In this document: positions 36,096-45,938 of the stretch, in pieces | Position numbering within the stretch: position 1 is the stretch's first letter | How the letters are laid out: every line of letters begins with the position of its first letter | From: a virus | Lineage: Duplodnaviria; Caudoviricetes | Strand: one strand, 5' to 3' | DNA: 52,791 bases | IMG/VR virus record: IMGVR_UViG_3300043499_000086 | Coordinates: 1 to 52,791 of that record | The notes under the pieces: model-generated | The model's input: the letters and a program-made list of their open reading frames with translations, nothing else | What the model was told of the DNA's origin: nothing | Database searches by the model: none | Program-made: the position numbers and the translations under genes

Positions 36096-37795
36096 TCAGT
36101 GGCGTCTTCCTCAGCCGCGTTGAGCGCGTCCAGGTCCTCCTGGGTGGCGGCCACGGTGATCGTGATGGAGGTCTCGGCCTCCTGGTCGCTGACGAAGGTG
36201 ACCTGTGGCGCGAACGTGCCCGCCGCCGCATAGGTGTGGGTGGCATACCCGCCGCCGTCCACGGTGAAGGGCGGGCTCTGGATCGCGGTGCCGTCACCCC
36301 AGTCGATGGTGGTGAAGTGATCGTTGGGCGGCAGCGGGTTCGAGGAACCGTCCACCGGACGAACCCCGAACGGGGCACCGACGAGGACCCCGCCAGTGGC
36401 GGGGTTCTTTTGCAGGTAGTAGTAGATGGCGACCGGGTAGGCGTAGAAGGTCGTCGTCGCTGGCTCGAAGTTCTCGGCCAGGTTCGCCGTGATGTCGAAG
36501 TCGCCAGCATTGGCGTAGGTGTGGGCGATGAACTGACCGATCAGCGGCGCTCGGGAGCCGCGGGTGAATGGCGGGGTCTGGAGCGCGGTCCCGTCACCCC
36601 AGTCGATGGAGACGATGTCCGCATCGACCAGGTCCGTGGTGCCGTCCGGGTACTGCGGGTCGTTGACGGCACCGACGTACTCGTACAGCCGGAGATGCAT
36701 CGCCGTGCCGGGGACCTGCCCGGCAGACGGCGAGACAATCGTGCTGGCCGGACCCCTCATCCCCTCGATGACCTCGACCGTGACCGAGTTCGACCCGATG
36801 ACCCCGACCGGGTAGGAGCCAGGGCCGAGGGGGAAGAACTCCTCCGGGACGAACAGCGCGGTCAGGCTGGTCGGGCTGGAGTAGGTGGTGCGGGCCGCCT
36901 CGTTGTTGATGAGGACGACCGAGGTCTTGCTGAACCCGGTGCCGGTGACCGTGACCATGTAGCCGCCGACATCGTCCAGCGGGATGGTGTCCGGGGAGAC
37001 GGCGGTGACCGTGACCGGGCCAGCGACCGGGGGCGGACCGCCACCCTCGACTCCGGTGATGAGCACCGCCAGTTCGCAGTCGTTGAACACCGTCACCGGG
37101 GTCTGCACGTTGACGTACCACCAGTTCGTCGGCTCGCCGCTGCCGGAGACATCGTGGTACGGGTCCATGACCCGGCTCGCGCCCTTGAGCACGGTCAGCC
37201 AGCCGGTTACCGCGATCTGGTCCACCGGCAGCCAGCAGTTCAGCGAGACCATCGCGCCCATCACCGTCTCCAGGTGACGGCCGACGCGGATGATCTCCTT
37301 GCCCATCCACTGTTCGGCCAGCGTCGGGTTGATGTGGATGACGGCCTGGCCCGTGTACTCGCACCGGGCGATGGTGTCGGCGTCGGCTAGCCCGCCCGCC
37401 TCGGTGGCGGGGCGGACCTCGAAGTCCTCGACGGGGATGAACCCACCGATGAGGTTGTCCTGAATCGTGCGGTTGACCCGCAGGTCGTTGTTCTTCATCG
37501 CGGTGGCCTGCATCGAGGGCAGGTCCATCGGACCGATGCACTGGAGGCCGGTGAAGACGGTACCCGGCACGCCGTTCACCCAGGTCAGTTGCCCGAGCCC
37601 GCGGTTCATGTTGATCGGCGCGCACGGGAAGTTGCCACCGATCATGACGCCAGTCCCGCAGACCGTCTCGTAGGTCCCGCCGTGGGCCAGGTGCGGGTCA
37701 TTGGTCGAGATGACGGTGGCGATGTCGGTGAGTTGGTCCGAGCCCGGAGGAATCGTCGGAGTGGGGATGATGGTGCCGGTCGGCTGAACGGTCAT
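36092..37795 (-). CDS. capsid-pentamer-like protein fused to IPT/TIG and two PKD domains
   Basis: V.V.GTGF...SVV.IN (IPT) and two IDWGDGT...HTYA.AG.F (PKD) motifs; the N-domain call is by recalled resemblance only. Confidence 0.6.
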   Translation of the reverse strand: MTVQPTGTIIPTPTIPPGSDQLTDIATVISTNDPHLAHGGTYETVCGTGVMIGGNFPCAPINMNRGLGQLTWVNGVPGTVFTGLQCIGPMDLPSMQATAMKNNDLRVNRTIQDNLIGGFIPVEDFEVRPATEAGGLADADTIARCEYTGQAVIHINPTLAEQWMGKEIIRVGRHLETVMGAMVSLNCWLPVDQIAVTGWLTVLKGASRVMDPYHDVSGSGEPTNWWYVNVQTPVTVFNDCELAVLITGVEGGGPPPVAGPVTVTAVSPDTIPLDDVGGYMVTVTGTGFSKTSVVLINNEAARTTYSSPTSLTALFVPEEFFPLGPGSYPVGVIGSNSVTVEVIEGMRGPASTIVSPSAGQVPGTAMHLRLYEYVGAVNDPQYPDGTTDLVDADIVSIDWGDGTALQTPPFTRGSRAPLIGQFIAHTYANAGDFDITANLAENFEPATTTFYAYPVAIYYYLQKNPATGGVLVGAPFGVRPVDGSSNPLPPNDHFTTIDWGDGTAIQSPPFTVDGGGYATHTYAAAGTFAPQVTFVSDQEAETSITITVAATQEDLDALNAAEEDATE

Positions 37796-37874
37796 GACGA
37801 TTCCTTCTTCTCGGAGACGCGCGTACAACCCGCAGAGGCGCTAGACCGAGGGTGACAGGTTTGTCACCCCAGGG

Positions 37875-40800
37875 CTACGGCCAGGTGATGGTCCGAACCA
37901 GGTTCGGCTCGTCCGGGGTCCACACCTGCGTCGGCATCCGCAGGTGGTGTGGGTTGAAGCGAGCGACCCAGGTGTCCACCTCACGGATTCCCGTCTCCCC
38001 GTTGGGGAACGCGCCGGAGGCGATCTCGTAGGAGACGCCCTGACGCGCAACGGAGGTGACGCCGGACGGGAGGCGGCACTTCTGCCCGTTGCACGCCTTC
38101 GCGTACTCGCACGCCAGCGTGCCCGCCGCGTAGGCCCCGAGCGCGTCCACCGGGATGGCGTTCAGGTAGGTCACCGAGAACGTGCCGACCTCGGTGTCCG
38201 CCAGCGCCATGTCCTGGCAGTCCGGCCAGCACTCGTCACCGAGGCGCACCAGCCACTTGCCGTCGTCCACCCGGTACGTCAGCGGGTCGAGGACCACGCC
38301 GTCGATCTTGACCTCCTGGACCGAGCCGATGGGGCGCGGCAGTTCCAGTTGGCAGATCGCGCCGCAGCCGCAGGTGTCCCCGCCGCAGGTGCAGTTGAAC
38401 CACTGGCCGGACCAGTTGACCGGCGCGAGCGGCTGGCCCGCGTAGTACGGCTGGTAGCCGTCACAGACCTTCCGGCACGGGCGCACCGTGATCGGGCAGC
38501 CGCCGACCCGGTAGCCGGTGAGCATCTGGAGCGTCGCCCCGGCCAGCGCGATGGACCGAATCTTCGTCGCGTTGTCATACGAGTCGAAGTCCGGGCAGCA
38601 CGAGTAGTCCACAGGCCAGCAGTAGTCGTCCACAGGGCCTTCTCCTTCGTTGAAGATTGCGGTCACCTGGTCGGACCCAATGGCCTCGTCCTGGATGAAG
38701 ACGAACAGATCGACGGGTGGCACCAGTTCGCTGGTCACATCGTCCGCGCCAATGGCGTCGTCCGCTACCACCGCGCTCCGGTCGTAGATGACGCTCACCT
38801 CGTCGGAGCCGAGCGCCGTGTCGGCCAGGGACGTGGCGCGGCCCCACGTCGTCACGACGTGATCCAGCGCCACCCCGATGTCCGGGATGACGGAGGTCAG
38901 GCCGCGCGCCGTCGTGACGGCGTCGGAGCCGACTGCGGTGTCGGCTCCGGACCGGCCCCGAACCGCCAGGGTGACAAGGTTGTCACCCCCGACAGCGATG
39001 TCTCCGGCCCCGGCCTGTCCGGCTCCGGAACGCTGCAACGAGACCTCGTCCGCCCCGACTGCGGTGTCAGCGGCGGAGCGGACCACCGTCTTCTGGGCCG
39101 TCAGAAGGTCACTACCGACCGCGGTGTCAGCGATGAGGATGGTGCGCTGCCCGGCCAGCGTCTCGCTGCCGTAGGCCGAGTCGGCAATGACCCGCTCCCT
39201 GGTCCAGAGCAGGGTCACCGAGTCGGAGCCCGCTGCGGTGTCGGCCAGCGCCTTCTGGCTGCCGCTCGGGGCGACCGCCAGGTCCGAGCCGACCGCCACG
39301 TCGGCGGGGGTCCGCAGCCGTGACCACAGGACCGTCACGTCGTCGCTGCCCACGGCCAGGTCGTCGGCGGTGGCGAAGACGTTGACGACCCACAGGGCGG
39401 TCACCGCGTCGGAACCAACTGCGGCATCTGCCGCAGTTCGATCACGGGTCGCGGTCACCGTTACGTCGTCGGTGCCGACCGCGTTGTCGTCCACGGTCTC
39501 GACGGCCGAGCCGATCCGCGAGGAGGTGACCGTGTCGGAGCCCACCGCATGGTCGGCCTCGGTGCGGACCCGAGCGGCCAGGACGTTCGCGGAGTCGGTC
39601 CCACCGGCCACGTCGGCAATGACCCGGTCAACGGTCCGGACGATGGTGACCGAGTCGGTGCCTACTGCGCTGTCGGCGGCAAGTCGGCTAGCCGCCGACA
39701 GCGTGCTGACGCTATCGGACCCGACCGCTGTGTCGGCAGGGTTCGCGGTGAGTGCCTGCCCGGCCTCGAAGACGAAGGTGGCGGAGTCGGAGCCGGTGGC
39801 GAGGTCGGTGACGGTCTTGCCGGTCGCCTTGGTCACCGTCACCGCGTCGGTGCCATCGGCGCTGTCGGCAACGACGCGCACCCGTTCGGAGGTGGTCGTC
39901 GCGGCGTCGCTGCTGGTGGCAACGTCGGCGGGGTAGGTCGTCAGCGCAGCGGGCGGCGTGCCCATCCCGAGCGTGTAGTGGGCCTGGACCTCGCCCGCAG
40001 GCAGGACGCGCCCGTAGAGCGCGATGTTGGAGAACCGGCCTGCGAACGGCTGCTCCCCCAGGGTGAAACGCAGGAAAGGCGTGTTGATCGCTGGGATGCC
40101 GGTCCCAATACCGCTGTCCAGCGTGCCGCTGCCGACCAGGACGCCGTTCTGGTAGACCTTCCACGCGCCATTGCCCACCGTGACCACGAAGTGGTGGATG
40201 GAGTCCGGCATGACCTGGGGGTTCAGGACGGCGTTGTAGGCCGCGAGGCCGTTCCCGTTCCGGTCCGTGATGTTGCCGCCGAGGGAAGGCAGGTACGCCT
40301 CGAAGCCGGAGTTCAACTGCGCGGTGAACGAGACGAAGAAGTTGCACAGGTTGCGGTGCGGGTAGGTCGTGTGGGTCGGGGAGACCCATTGCTCGTAGGA
40401 GTAGGCCCCGGAAATCTCCGGTATCTGGGTCGTGTGCGTCTCCGCGCCCTCGTTCTGCGGGACAGCGGGCAGCGCCGTTGACGGCCCCAGCCCGTAACCG
40501 ATGGGCGGACCCTGGGTGTGGACTGTGCCGTTCGCTGGGCCTGCTGGCTGCCAGGTCGCCGGGTACTCGGGGATGATGCTGTTCGCGGCGACAGCCTGAC
40601 CGGAGGGTTCATCGAACTTCCAGTAGTGGAGCGCCCCGGAGGCGACCACCGCCTCGTCGTAGTTGGCAACGCGAAGCGTTCCCGCGACGTTGATGTTGTC
40701 GATGTTGGTGCCCTGGGCGGTGCCCGACGCGGCCCAGAACTGGCCGAACACCCCGTGGGTGAAGTGCTCGCCGTCCAGGTGCGGGGCGAGGTCCAACGTG

Positions 40801-41855
40801 TTCGTGACGACGACCGCGTTGTCGGAGATGCGTCGCACCGTGCAGGTGACGACGGTGCCGACCGCCTGAATGGTGACCCGGTACCAGGTGTCGAGCGGGA
40901 GGTTGGCCTGTCGAGGGCCTATCGAAGTCATGCTGTTGTTGGTGATCCGCATGAAGCCGCTGCTGTCACCGGAACTCTCAAGACGGACCGTGAAGCCGTC
41001 CATGCCGTTGACCGGATCGGCACCGTTGGGGGTACACCAGAACATGGCCTCGTAGATGTCCCGGCCACCGCCCTGGAGCATGTCGAAGGTGTAGGTGAAG
41101 TCGCCCGTGATGTCCCAGCGCGAGTACGGCTTGCCTCGCCACCCTCGGTACGCGCCGTTGGTCCACAGCGACGGGGCCGGGTTGCCGACCGCCGCGTCGA
41201 GCGTCACCGGGTACTGACCGGGGAACGGGTCGGGAGCAACGGTGACTACGTCGATGTCCCGAGGCAGCCCGTTGGCGAAGGTCTCCGGGAACACCAGCGG
41301 CGGCGGACCGGCGAACACGAACGTCGCCTCGTCGGTGCCCTCCGCTGTGTCGGCCGGGTTCTCGAACCGAGGAATCGTGACCGAGTAGTCCACCGTCACG
41401 TCGGCGTGGTCAATGGAGCCGACGCGGCTCTGGGTGCTGCTCGCCCCGTTGAAGGTCGTGCGGACCTTGAAGTTCGCTGCCTGCAACTGCGCCAGGGTGA
41501 CCGGGAATATCGCCGTGTCGTTGCTGGGCACAGTCGTATCGGCCCCGGTGCCCGCTGTCCCAAGCGGGGTGGTCCCGCTGTACGGCTGGAACCGGATCGA
41601 GACGAACCGCGCGGCGTTGTTGACCAGGGTGCGGATCGTCACCGAGACGCTGTTGATCGTCGCGCCAGCCGGGATCGAGGAGAAGTCGTAGCCGCTGGTC
41701 TCGATGTAGCCGATGGCGTTGGAGACGCTGCTCGTCCAGGTCGCGTAGGTCGCCGGGGTGCTGCCCGGCGTCCCGTCTACCGCATTGGTGACGTTGGCCC
41801 AGGTGGTCCCAGAAGTGACCGGCGTACCGGAGCCACGCCTAGTGAGGGTAGGCAT
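37875..41855 (-). CDS. 1326-aa lectin/LamG plus repeat fibre fused to a head-to-tail adaptor domain
   Basis: HYWKFDE.SG...H.VVT......YQNG (LamG); ~25-aa AD.A.GSD.VT repeats; C-terminal CWPVD...TVRPC...CRLP..V....RQGVS...TG..EVD.W...NP. Confidence 0.75.
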   Translation of the reverse strand: MPTLTRRGSGTPVTSGTTWANVTNAVDGTPGSTPATYATWTSSVSNAIGYIETSGYDFSSIPAGATINSVSVTIRTLVNNAARFVSIRFQPYSGTTPLGTAGTGADTTVPSNDTAIFPVTLAQLQAANFKVRTTFNGASSTQSRVGSIDHADVTVDYSVTIPRFENPADTAEGTDEATFVFAGPPPLVFPETFANGLPRDIDVVTVAPDPFPGQYPVTLDAAVGNPAPSLWTNGAYRGWRGKPYSRWDITGDFTYTFDMLQGGGRDIYEAMFWCTPNGADPVNGMDGFTVRLESSGDSSGFMRITNNSMTSIGPRQANLPLDTWYRVTIQAVGTVVTCTVRRISDNAVVVTNTLDLAPHLDGEHFTHGVFGQFWAASGTAQGTNIDNINVAGTLRVANYDEAVVASGALHYWKFDEPSGQAVAANSIIPEYPATWQPAGPANGTVHTQGPPIGYGLGPSTALPAVPQNEGAETHTTQIPEISGAYSYEQWVSPTHTTYPHRNLCNFFVSFTAQLNSGFEAYLPSLGGNITDRNGNGLAAYNAVLNPQVMPDSIHHFVVTVGNGAWKVYQNGVLVGSGTLDSGIGTGIPAINTPFLRFTLGEQPFAGRFSNIALYGRVLPAGEVQAHYTLGMGTPPAALTTYPADVATSSDAATTTSERVRVVADSADGTDAVTVTKATGKTVTDLATGSDSATFVFEAGQALTANPADTAVGSDSVSTLSAASRLAADSAVGTDSVTIVRTVDRVIADVAGGTDSANVLAARVRTEADHAVGSDTVTSSRIGSAVETVDDNAVGTDDVTVTATRDRTAADAAVGSDAVTALWVVNVFATADDLAVGSDDVTVLWSRLRTPADVAVGSDLAVAPSGSQKALADTAAGSDSVTLLWTRERVIADSAYGSETLAGQRTILIADTAVGSDLLTAQKTVVRSAADTAVGADEVSLQRSGAGQAGAGDIAVGGDNLVTLAVRGRSGADTAVGSDAVTTARGLTSVIPDIGVALDHVVTTWGRATSLADTALGSDEVSVIYDRSAVVADDAIGADDVTSELVPPVDLFVFIQDEAIGSDQVTAIFNEGEGPVDDYCWPVDYSCCPDFDSYDNATKIRSIALAGATLQMLTGYRVGGCPITVRPCRKVCDGYQPYYAGQPLAPVNWSGQWFNCTCGGDTCGCGAICQLELPRPIGSVQEVKIDGVVLDPLTYRVDDGKWLVRLGDECWPDCQDMALADTEVGTFSVTYLNAIPVDALGAYAAGTLACEYAKACNGQKCRLPSGVTSVARQGVSYEIASGAFPNGETGIREVDTWVARFNPHHLRMPTQVWTPDEPNLVRTITWP

Positions 41856-41882
41856 GGTGCTACCCCCTCACGTCGTCGTAGA

Positions 41883-42443
41883 TCAGGCCCCGGTGAAGGT
41901 GTGCGTCCAGGTGACGGTGAGGGAGTCCCCGGCTGCCTTCGGGGCAGGAGAGGCCAGGAGGACACGGCTGACGGTGTTCGCGGCCGGGCTGGTCGCGTCG
42001 GTGGCGATGGTGTCGTTGACGATGACGGCCTCGGTGATGTTGCTGGCCGTCGTGCCCTCGCCCGCTGCGTAGGTGCGCTTGAAGGTCGCCACGTTGCCGG
42101 AGACGGACGGGAAGGTCGCGTCGAACGCCTTGTTGGAGGTGGGCAGGTACGTCGCCAGAGCGGCTCCTGCGCCCGTCTTGGCGACGGCGGTAGCGCCGGT
42201 ACCCAACTTCATTCCGGTGGCGCTGGCGGGCTGCCCTGAGGTCGCCACGGCCCGCGCCACATAGAAGTTGTCACCGGCCGTGGTGATGAGGTTCTTCTGC
42301 TTGGACTCGTGGTACTTCTTGCCGTCCTTGTCGAACCACTCGACCAGGACATCGCCCTCGATGACCATGACATCGGCGTTGTCTCGACGGCGCTCCGCCT
42401 GAACAGCGACCTGGTCGCGGCCCTGGCCCTTGTCCTCTGCCAT
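41883..42443 (-). CDS. virion structural protein
   Basis: KNLIT..G...LGTG.T...I.EA...K...DSL.VTW pattern; synteny. Confidence 0.65.
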   Translation of the reverse strand: MAEDKGQGRDQVAVQAERRRDNADVMVIEGDVLVEWFDKDGKKYHESKQKNLITTAGDNFYVARAVATSGQPASATGMKLGTGATAVAKTGAGAALATYLPTSNKAFDATFPSVSGNVATFKRTYAAGEGTTASNITEAVIVNDTIATDATSPAANTVSRVLLASPAPKAAGDSLTVTWTHTFTGA

Positions 42444-42493
42444 TGGTGTGCCTTTCGCTGTGAGGTGGAGCGGGTGACAAACATGTCACCCCG

Positions 42494-42538
42494 GTCCGGC
42501 AGACCGGCCCTCAGGAGGTAGGGACCAGTCTGCCGGAC
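42494..42538 (-). terminator. stem-loop after the major tail gene
   Basis: GTCCGGCAGAC...GTCTGCCGGAC, adjacent to a palindrome copy. Confidence 0.5.
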
Positions 42539-42546
42539 GGTAGGGG

Positions 42547-43506
42547 TTACGCCTCGGCTCCGACCGGCTCGGAGTCCTGCGGCTCGGCGTCCTGCGTCTC
42601 GGAGTCAGCGGCCATGACCGCCGCGTCCGAAGCCCAGGCGGTGCCGGTCCAGTGAGCCTTCTGGTTGTTTCCCAGCAGGACGTGCTGGCCCGGAGTCCAG
42701 GCCGTGGTCGGGCTGGCCGTGACGCCGGTCATGCCCGCGAGGCTCTGCGGAGCGTAGGAGTCCACCGGAGTCCAGGTGCCGGGGGTGCCAGCGGTCGCAC
42801 CGGTCGCGGGGACACCGCTGGAGATGCAGTCACAGGCGGCCTCAGGCGGGGCCACGTCGGTCAGTTGGACGTGCAGGTGGTCGCCACTGAGGATCGGCTC
42901 CAGGAGAGGCCCTGCGGTGCCGCCAGAGCCCCGGACGACGTTGTACGGGCCGACGCCCCACCCGGAGCCCGTCTTGGTCGCCGCACCGTTGATGGTGAAC
43001 GAGACCGCCGCGTTCTCAATGGTGAAGTCACCCAGCGTCCCGCCCTGCATGAACGGCACGAGGATGTAGCCGTAGGTGCCCTGCGCCTCCGGGTTCTCCG
43101 GGTCGCAGGCGACCTGGGGAACGTTGCTCCAGAGTTCGAGCGCGAAGCCGTAGTCGCAGGCCGACCGGTCCGAGTTGACCCGGAAGCCCACGGCGTTGCC
43201 CTGCCAGTCGTAGACCGCAGCCTGACCGGTGAGCATGGCGTACAACTCGGGGTTGACCGCACAGAACGTGATGACCGCGGTGTAGCCGGTCAGGGTCGGG
43301 CAGGCCGCGTCACGAACGCAGACCTTGCCCGAGGCGTTCGTGACGCTGATCTCCTCGCCCTCATCGGTGTTGGCCGTGAAGGCGACGGACACGAACCCGT
43401 CAGTGGTGACCGATCCGCACGCGCCCGCCTTGGGACGCCCGCAGCCGTCGAGGGCCGTAGCCCGCATCACCCGCCCACGGACCAGTGGGAAACAGTTGTT
43501 CGACAC
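42547..43506 (-). CDS. major tail protein
   Basis: RGRVMR.T.LD.CG...GF..V...EI...NA.GK.C...FALELW...WG.GPY.V. Confidence 0.82.
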   Translation of the reverse strand: MSNNCFPLVRGRVMRATALDGCGRPKAGACGSVTTDGFVSVAFTANTDEGEEISVTNASGKVCVRDAACPTLTGYTAVITFCAVNPELYAMLTGQAAVYDWQGNAVGFRVNSDRSACDYGFALELWSNVPQVACDPENPEAQGTYGYILVPFMQGGTLGDFTIENAAVSFTINGAATKTGSGWGVGPYNVVRGSGGTAGPLLEPILSGDHLHVQLTDVAPPEAACDCISSGVPATGATAGTPGTWTPVDSYAPQSLAGMTGVTASPTTAWTPGQHVLLGNNQKAHWTGTAWASDAAVMAADSETQDAEPQDSEPVGAEA

Positions 43507-43510
43507 GGGC

Positions 43511-43816
43511 CTACTCCTCGTCCTTGTTGGCGGACTTCACCTTGGCGACGACCTCGGCCGGAGCATTGAAGCCACCCCGGTCGTAGTTCACGGTCACCAC
43601 CCGCTGGTCCAGACCTGCTTCCTCGGCGGCTGCCAGGAGCAGTACGGCGTTGTCCTCGTTGATCCCGGCGTAGAAGGTCTCGCCCTCCTCGGCCGGAGCC
43701 GCCTCGCTGTCCTCGGAGGTGACAGGCTTGTCACCCTCCTTGACCTCAGCGGTCTCGGCGTCCACGACCTCGTCATCGCTCTCGGGCAGGTAGCCCTCGT
43801 CGTTGTCGGTTGCCAT
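43511..43816 (-). CDS. acidic hypothetical protein
   Basis: GAGGAGG RBS; A.LLLAAAEE.G...V motif; between capsid and tail genes. Confidence 0.7.
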   Translation of the reverse strand: MATDNDEGYLPESDDEVVDAETAEVKEGDKPVTSEDSEAAPAEEGETFYAGINEDNAVLLLAAAEEAGLDQRVVTVNYDRGGFNAPAEVVAKVKSANKDEE

Positions 43817-43885
43817 CGTTCAACCTCCTCGAAGGTGAAGGGGGCGGGCCGTCCGGCGATGGCGCAGACGACCCGCCCACGACGG

Positions 43886-45517
43886 TTAAACGACGGTTCC
43901 GGTGAGGCACTCGACGTTGGTGTTGGCACCCGTGATGCCAGCCGAGCACAGGTCGATGGTCGTCTTGTACGCCTTGTAGCACTTCTGGAGGAGAAGGACT
44001 CCCTGCTCGTAGAACAGCGCCGTGTAGAGGTTCTGCTTGAGCGAGGCGGCGTCGTAGACGGCGTCGAGGCTGATGACCGGGGAGACGCCCTTGACGAACG
44101 TGCCAGCCGGGTAGACCAGGGCCTCGACGGTGGCCGGGTATCCGGTCGCGTCATCGGCAAGGGTCTGCCAGGACTGGACGAACTGGAGGCTGACGTTGCG
44201 GGCCGCGAAGTACGCCGCGATGTTCGCGTCGGTGACGGCAAGCAGGTCCACGCCGGTCCGAATCGACAGGTCGGAGCGGATCGCACCCTTGGCCCAGTAG
44301 GGCAGGACGACCTCGACCGTGGCGTTGTTGGCGATCCGGAAGTTGCTCCGGGCCACGATGGCGATGAACTCGACGTGGTCGAGGATGTCGCTGGCCGAGG
44401 ACCCACGCGAGGCCAGGTCGATGGCCGTGGCCGCGGCGAGAGCCTGGGCCAGCAACTTCGCGGTGATGGCGTGCTGGTGGGCAATCATCGCCTCGCGGAT
44501 GAACGCGGCGACGAGTTCCGGGTAGCCCGCCTCGGTGAGGATCGGGGAGGTGAGGCAGATGCCGCACGCCTCCAGCCGGACCTCGGTGAACGGAGGACAC
44601 GGGACCTCGTAGCAGGTCTTGGGCGTACCGGCGATGGCCTGCGCCTCGGTCTGGCAGAACGTCGCACCGTAGAGCCCCGAGAAGTCGGGCCCGGAGGTGT
44701 AGCGCACGCCGCCACGGCTGACGCTGATCTCCGGGAGGTCCCAGAGGCCGTCAGTCGAGCCGCCGCCACAGAGGTCGTAGATCGTCTCGGACGGAGCACA
44801 CCAGCCACCGGAAGCCGTCAGGCTCCGGCCGGGCAGGCGACCCTCGCGGCTGGCGTAGTCCACGATGTCGGAGTCACGGCTGCCGGAGGCGGTCAGTTCG
44901 GACGGGAACGACAGGTTGAACTGGCCGACCGGGTACCGCTGGAGCGAGGCACCCTGGACGCCCCACGCGCTCGGGAAGGCGCGAGCCTTGTTCAGGAAGC
45001 CGTCCGTGAGGTTGTCCCAGTCGCCCATGACCTGGCCGACCGAGTAGCCCGGCACGTCCGCGGAGGCGGTGATGACGATGCTCTGGGCGGCTGGCGTCTC
45101 GGGGACGACGGGGAGGGCGACGCGACGCGAGAGCGTGGCGATGCCGGTGCTCGCGGCCGGGACGGTGGCGGGCTCGGACTTGGCGACCGGCTCGGGAGTG
45201 GGCGTCGGCTCCGGCTCGGGGGCCGGGTCGGGGGCGGGCTCAGGCTCGGGCACGGTGGCCTTCGGCTGGACGGAGGCGGCCTCACGAACGGCGGCCATCC
45301 GGGAGACGCGGGTGGTGGCTGCGGTCTCGCGGCCCTCCTGCTCGTCGCGCAGGATGCGCAGCGAGGCGACGATCCGCTCGGCGGCGGCCACGTCGTCATC
45401 GGTGGGGGAAGCGAGTTCAAGCAGCGCATTGAGGGCGTCTTCGCCCTCGGTGATCTTGGCGGCGAGTGCCTCGGCGTCGTAGGCGCTGAGGTCCTCGACA
45501 ACGGAGAAGTCGGCCAT
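43886..45517 (-). CDS. major capsid (hexamer-type) protein with an N-terminal scaffold-like region
   Basis: LTASGGWCAPSETIYD...LPE....RGG motif as in cluster-B-like capsids; AGGAG RBS at 45517. Confidence 0.88.
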   Translation of the reverse strand: MADFSVVEDLSAYDAEALAAKITEGEDALNALLELASPTDDDVAAAERIVASLRILRDEQEGRETAATTRVSRMAAVREAASVQPKATVPEPEPAPDPAPEPEPTPTPEPVAKSEPATVPAASTGIATLSRRVALPVVPETPAAQSIVITASADVPGYSVGQVMGDWDNLTDGFLNKARAFPSAWGVQGASLQRYPVGQFNLSFPSELTASGSRDSDIVDYASREGRLPGRSLTASGGWCAPSETIYDLCGGGSTDGLWDLPEISVSRGGVRYTSGPDFSGLYGATFCQTEAQAIAGTPKTCYEVPCPPFTEVRLEACGICLTSPILTEAGYPELVAAFIREAMIAHQHAITAKLLAQALAAATAIDLASRGSSASDILDHVEFIAIVARSNFRIANNATVEVVLPYWAKGAIRSDLSIRTGVDLLAVTDANIAAYFAARNVSLQFVQSWQTLADDATGYPATVEALVYPAGTFVKGVSPVISLDAVYDAASLKQNLYTALFYEQGVLLLQKCYKAYKTTIDLCSAGITGANTNVECLTGTVV

Positions 45518-45779
45518 GTCGGTATCTCCTGACAGAGCAAGCGGACGGGGAGGTTGAACTGACACTCCGCGCTTGGCGCTGGGAGAACTCGCTACGGCTG
45601 GGCCGCGGGCGACATCTGTTCGGAGAGTAGAGCAGGGCCGTTGCTCTTGGCAACGGCCCCGCTGTTTGCTCTCCCACAGGCGTCCGGTCCCATGTCCCGG
45701 TTCTCTGCCGCTATATCGCGTGCTGGGTGCGTACTTTGCCGTGGTGTGACGAGCAGGGTGACAAGTCTGTCACCCACCA

Positions 45780-45938
45780 CTACTTCGTCTTGTAGGTCCC
45801 TCCACCAGCCCGAATCTGGGCGGCTCGCGCCTCCATCTCGGTGCGGTAGGTCTTCTGCTCACCGCGCGGGTTGGTGAAGACGAACTCCTTGGGGGTGCCG
45901 TCCGCGTTCTTGTTGCCGCCGCTGCATCCGCAGGCCAT
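45780..45938 (-). CDS. small MACGC-type head-region protein (52 aa)
   Basis: Translated by hand; TGATG coupling to the protease gene. Confidence 0.65.
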   Translation of the reverse strand: MACGCSGGNKNADGTPKEFVFTNPRGEQKTYRTEMEARAAQIRAGGGTYKTK

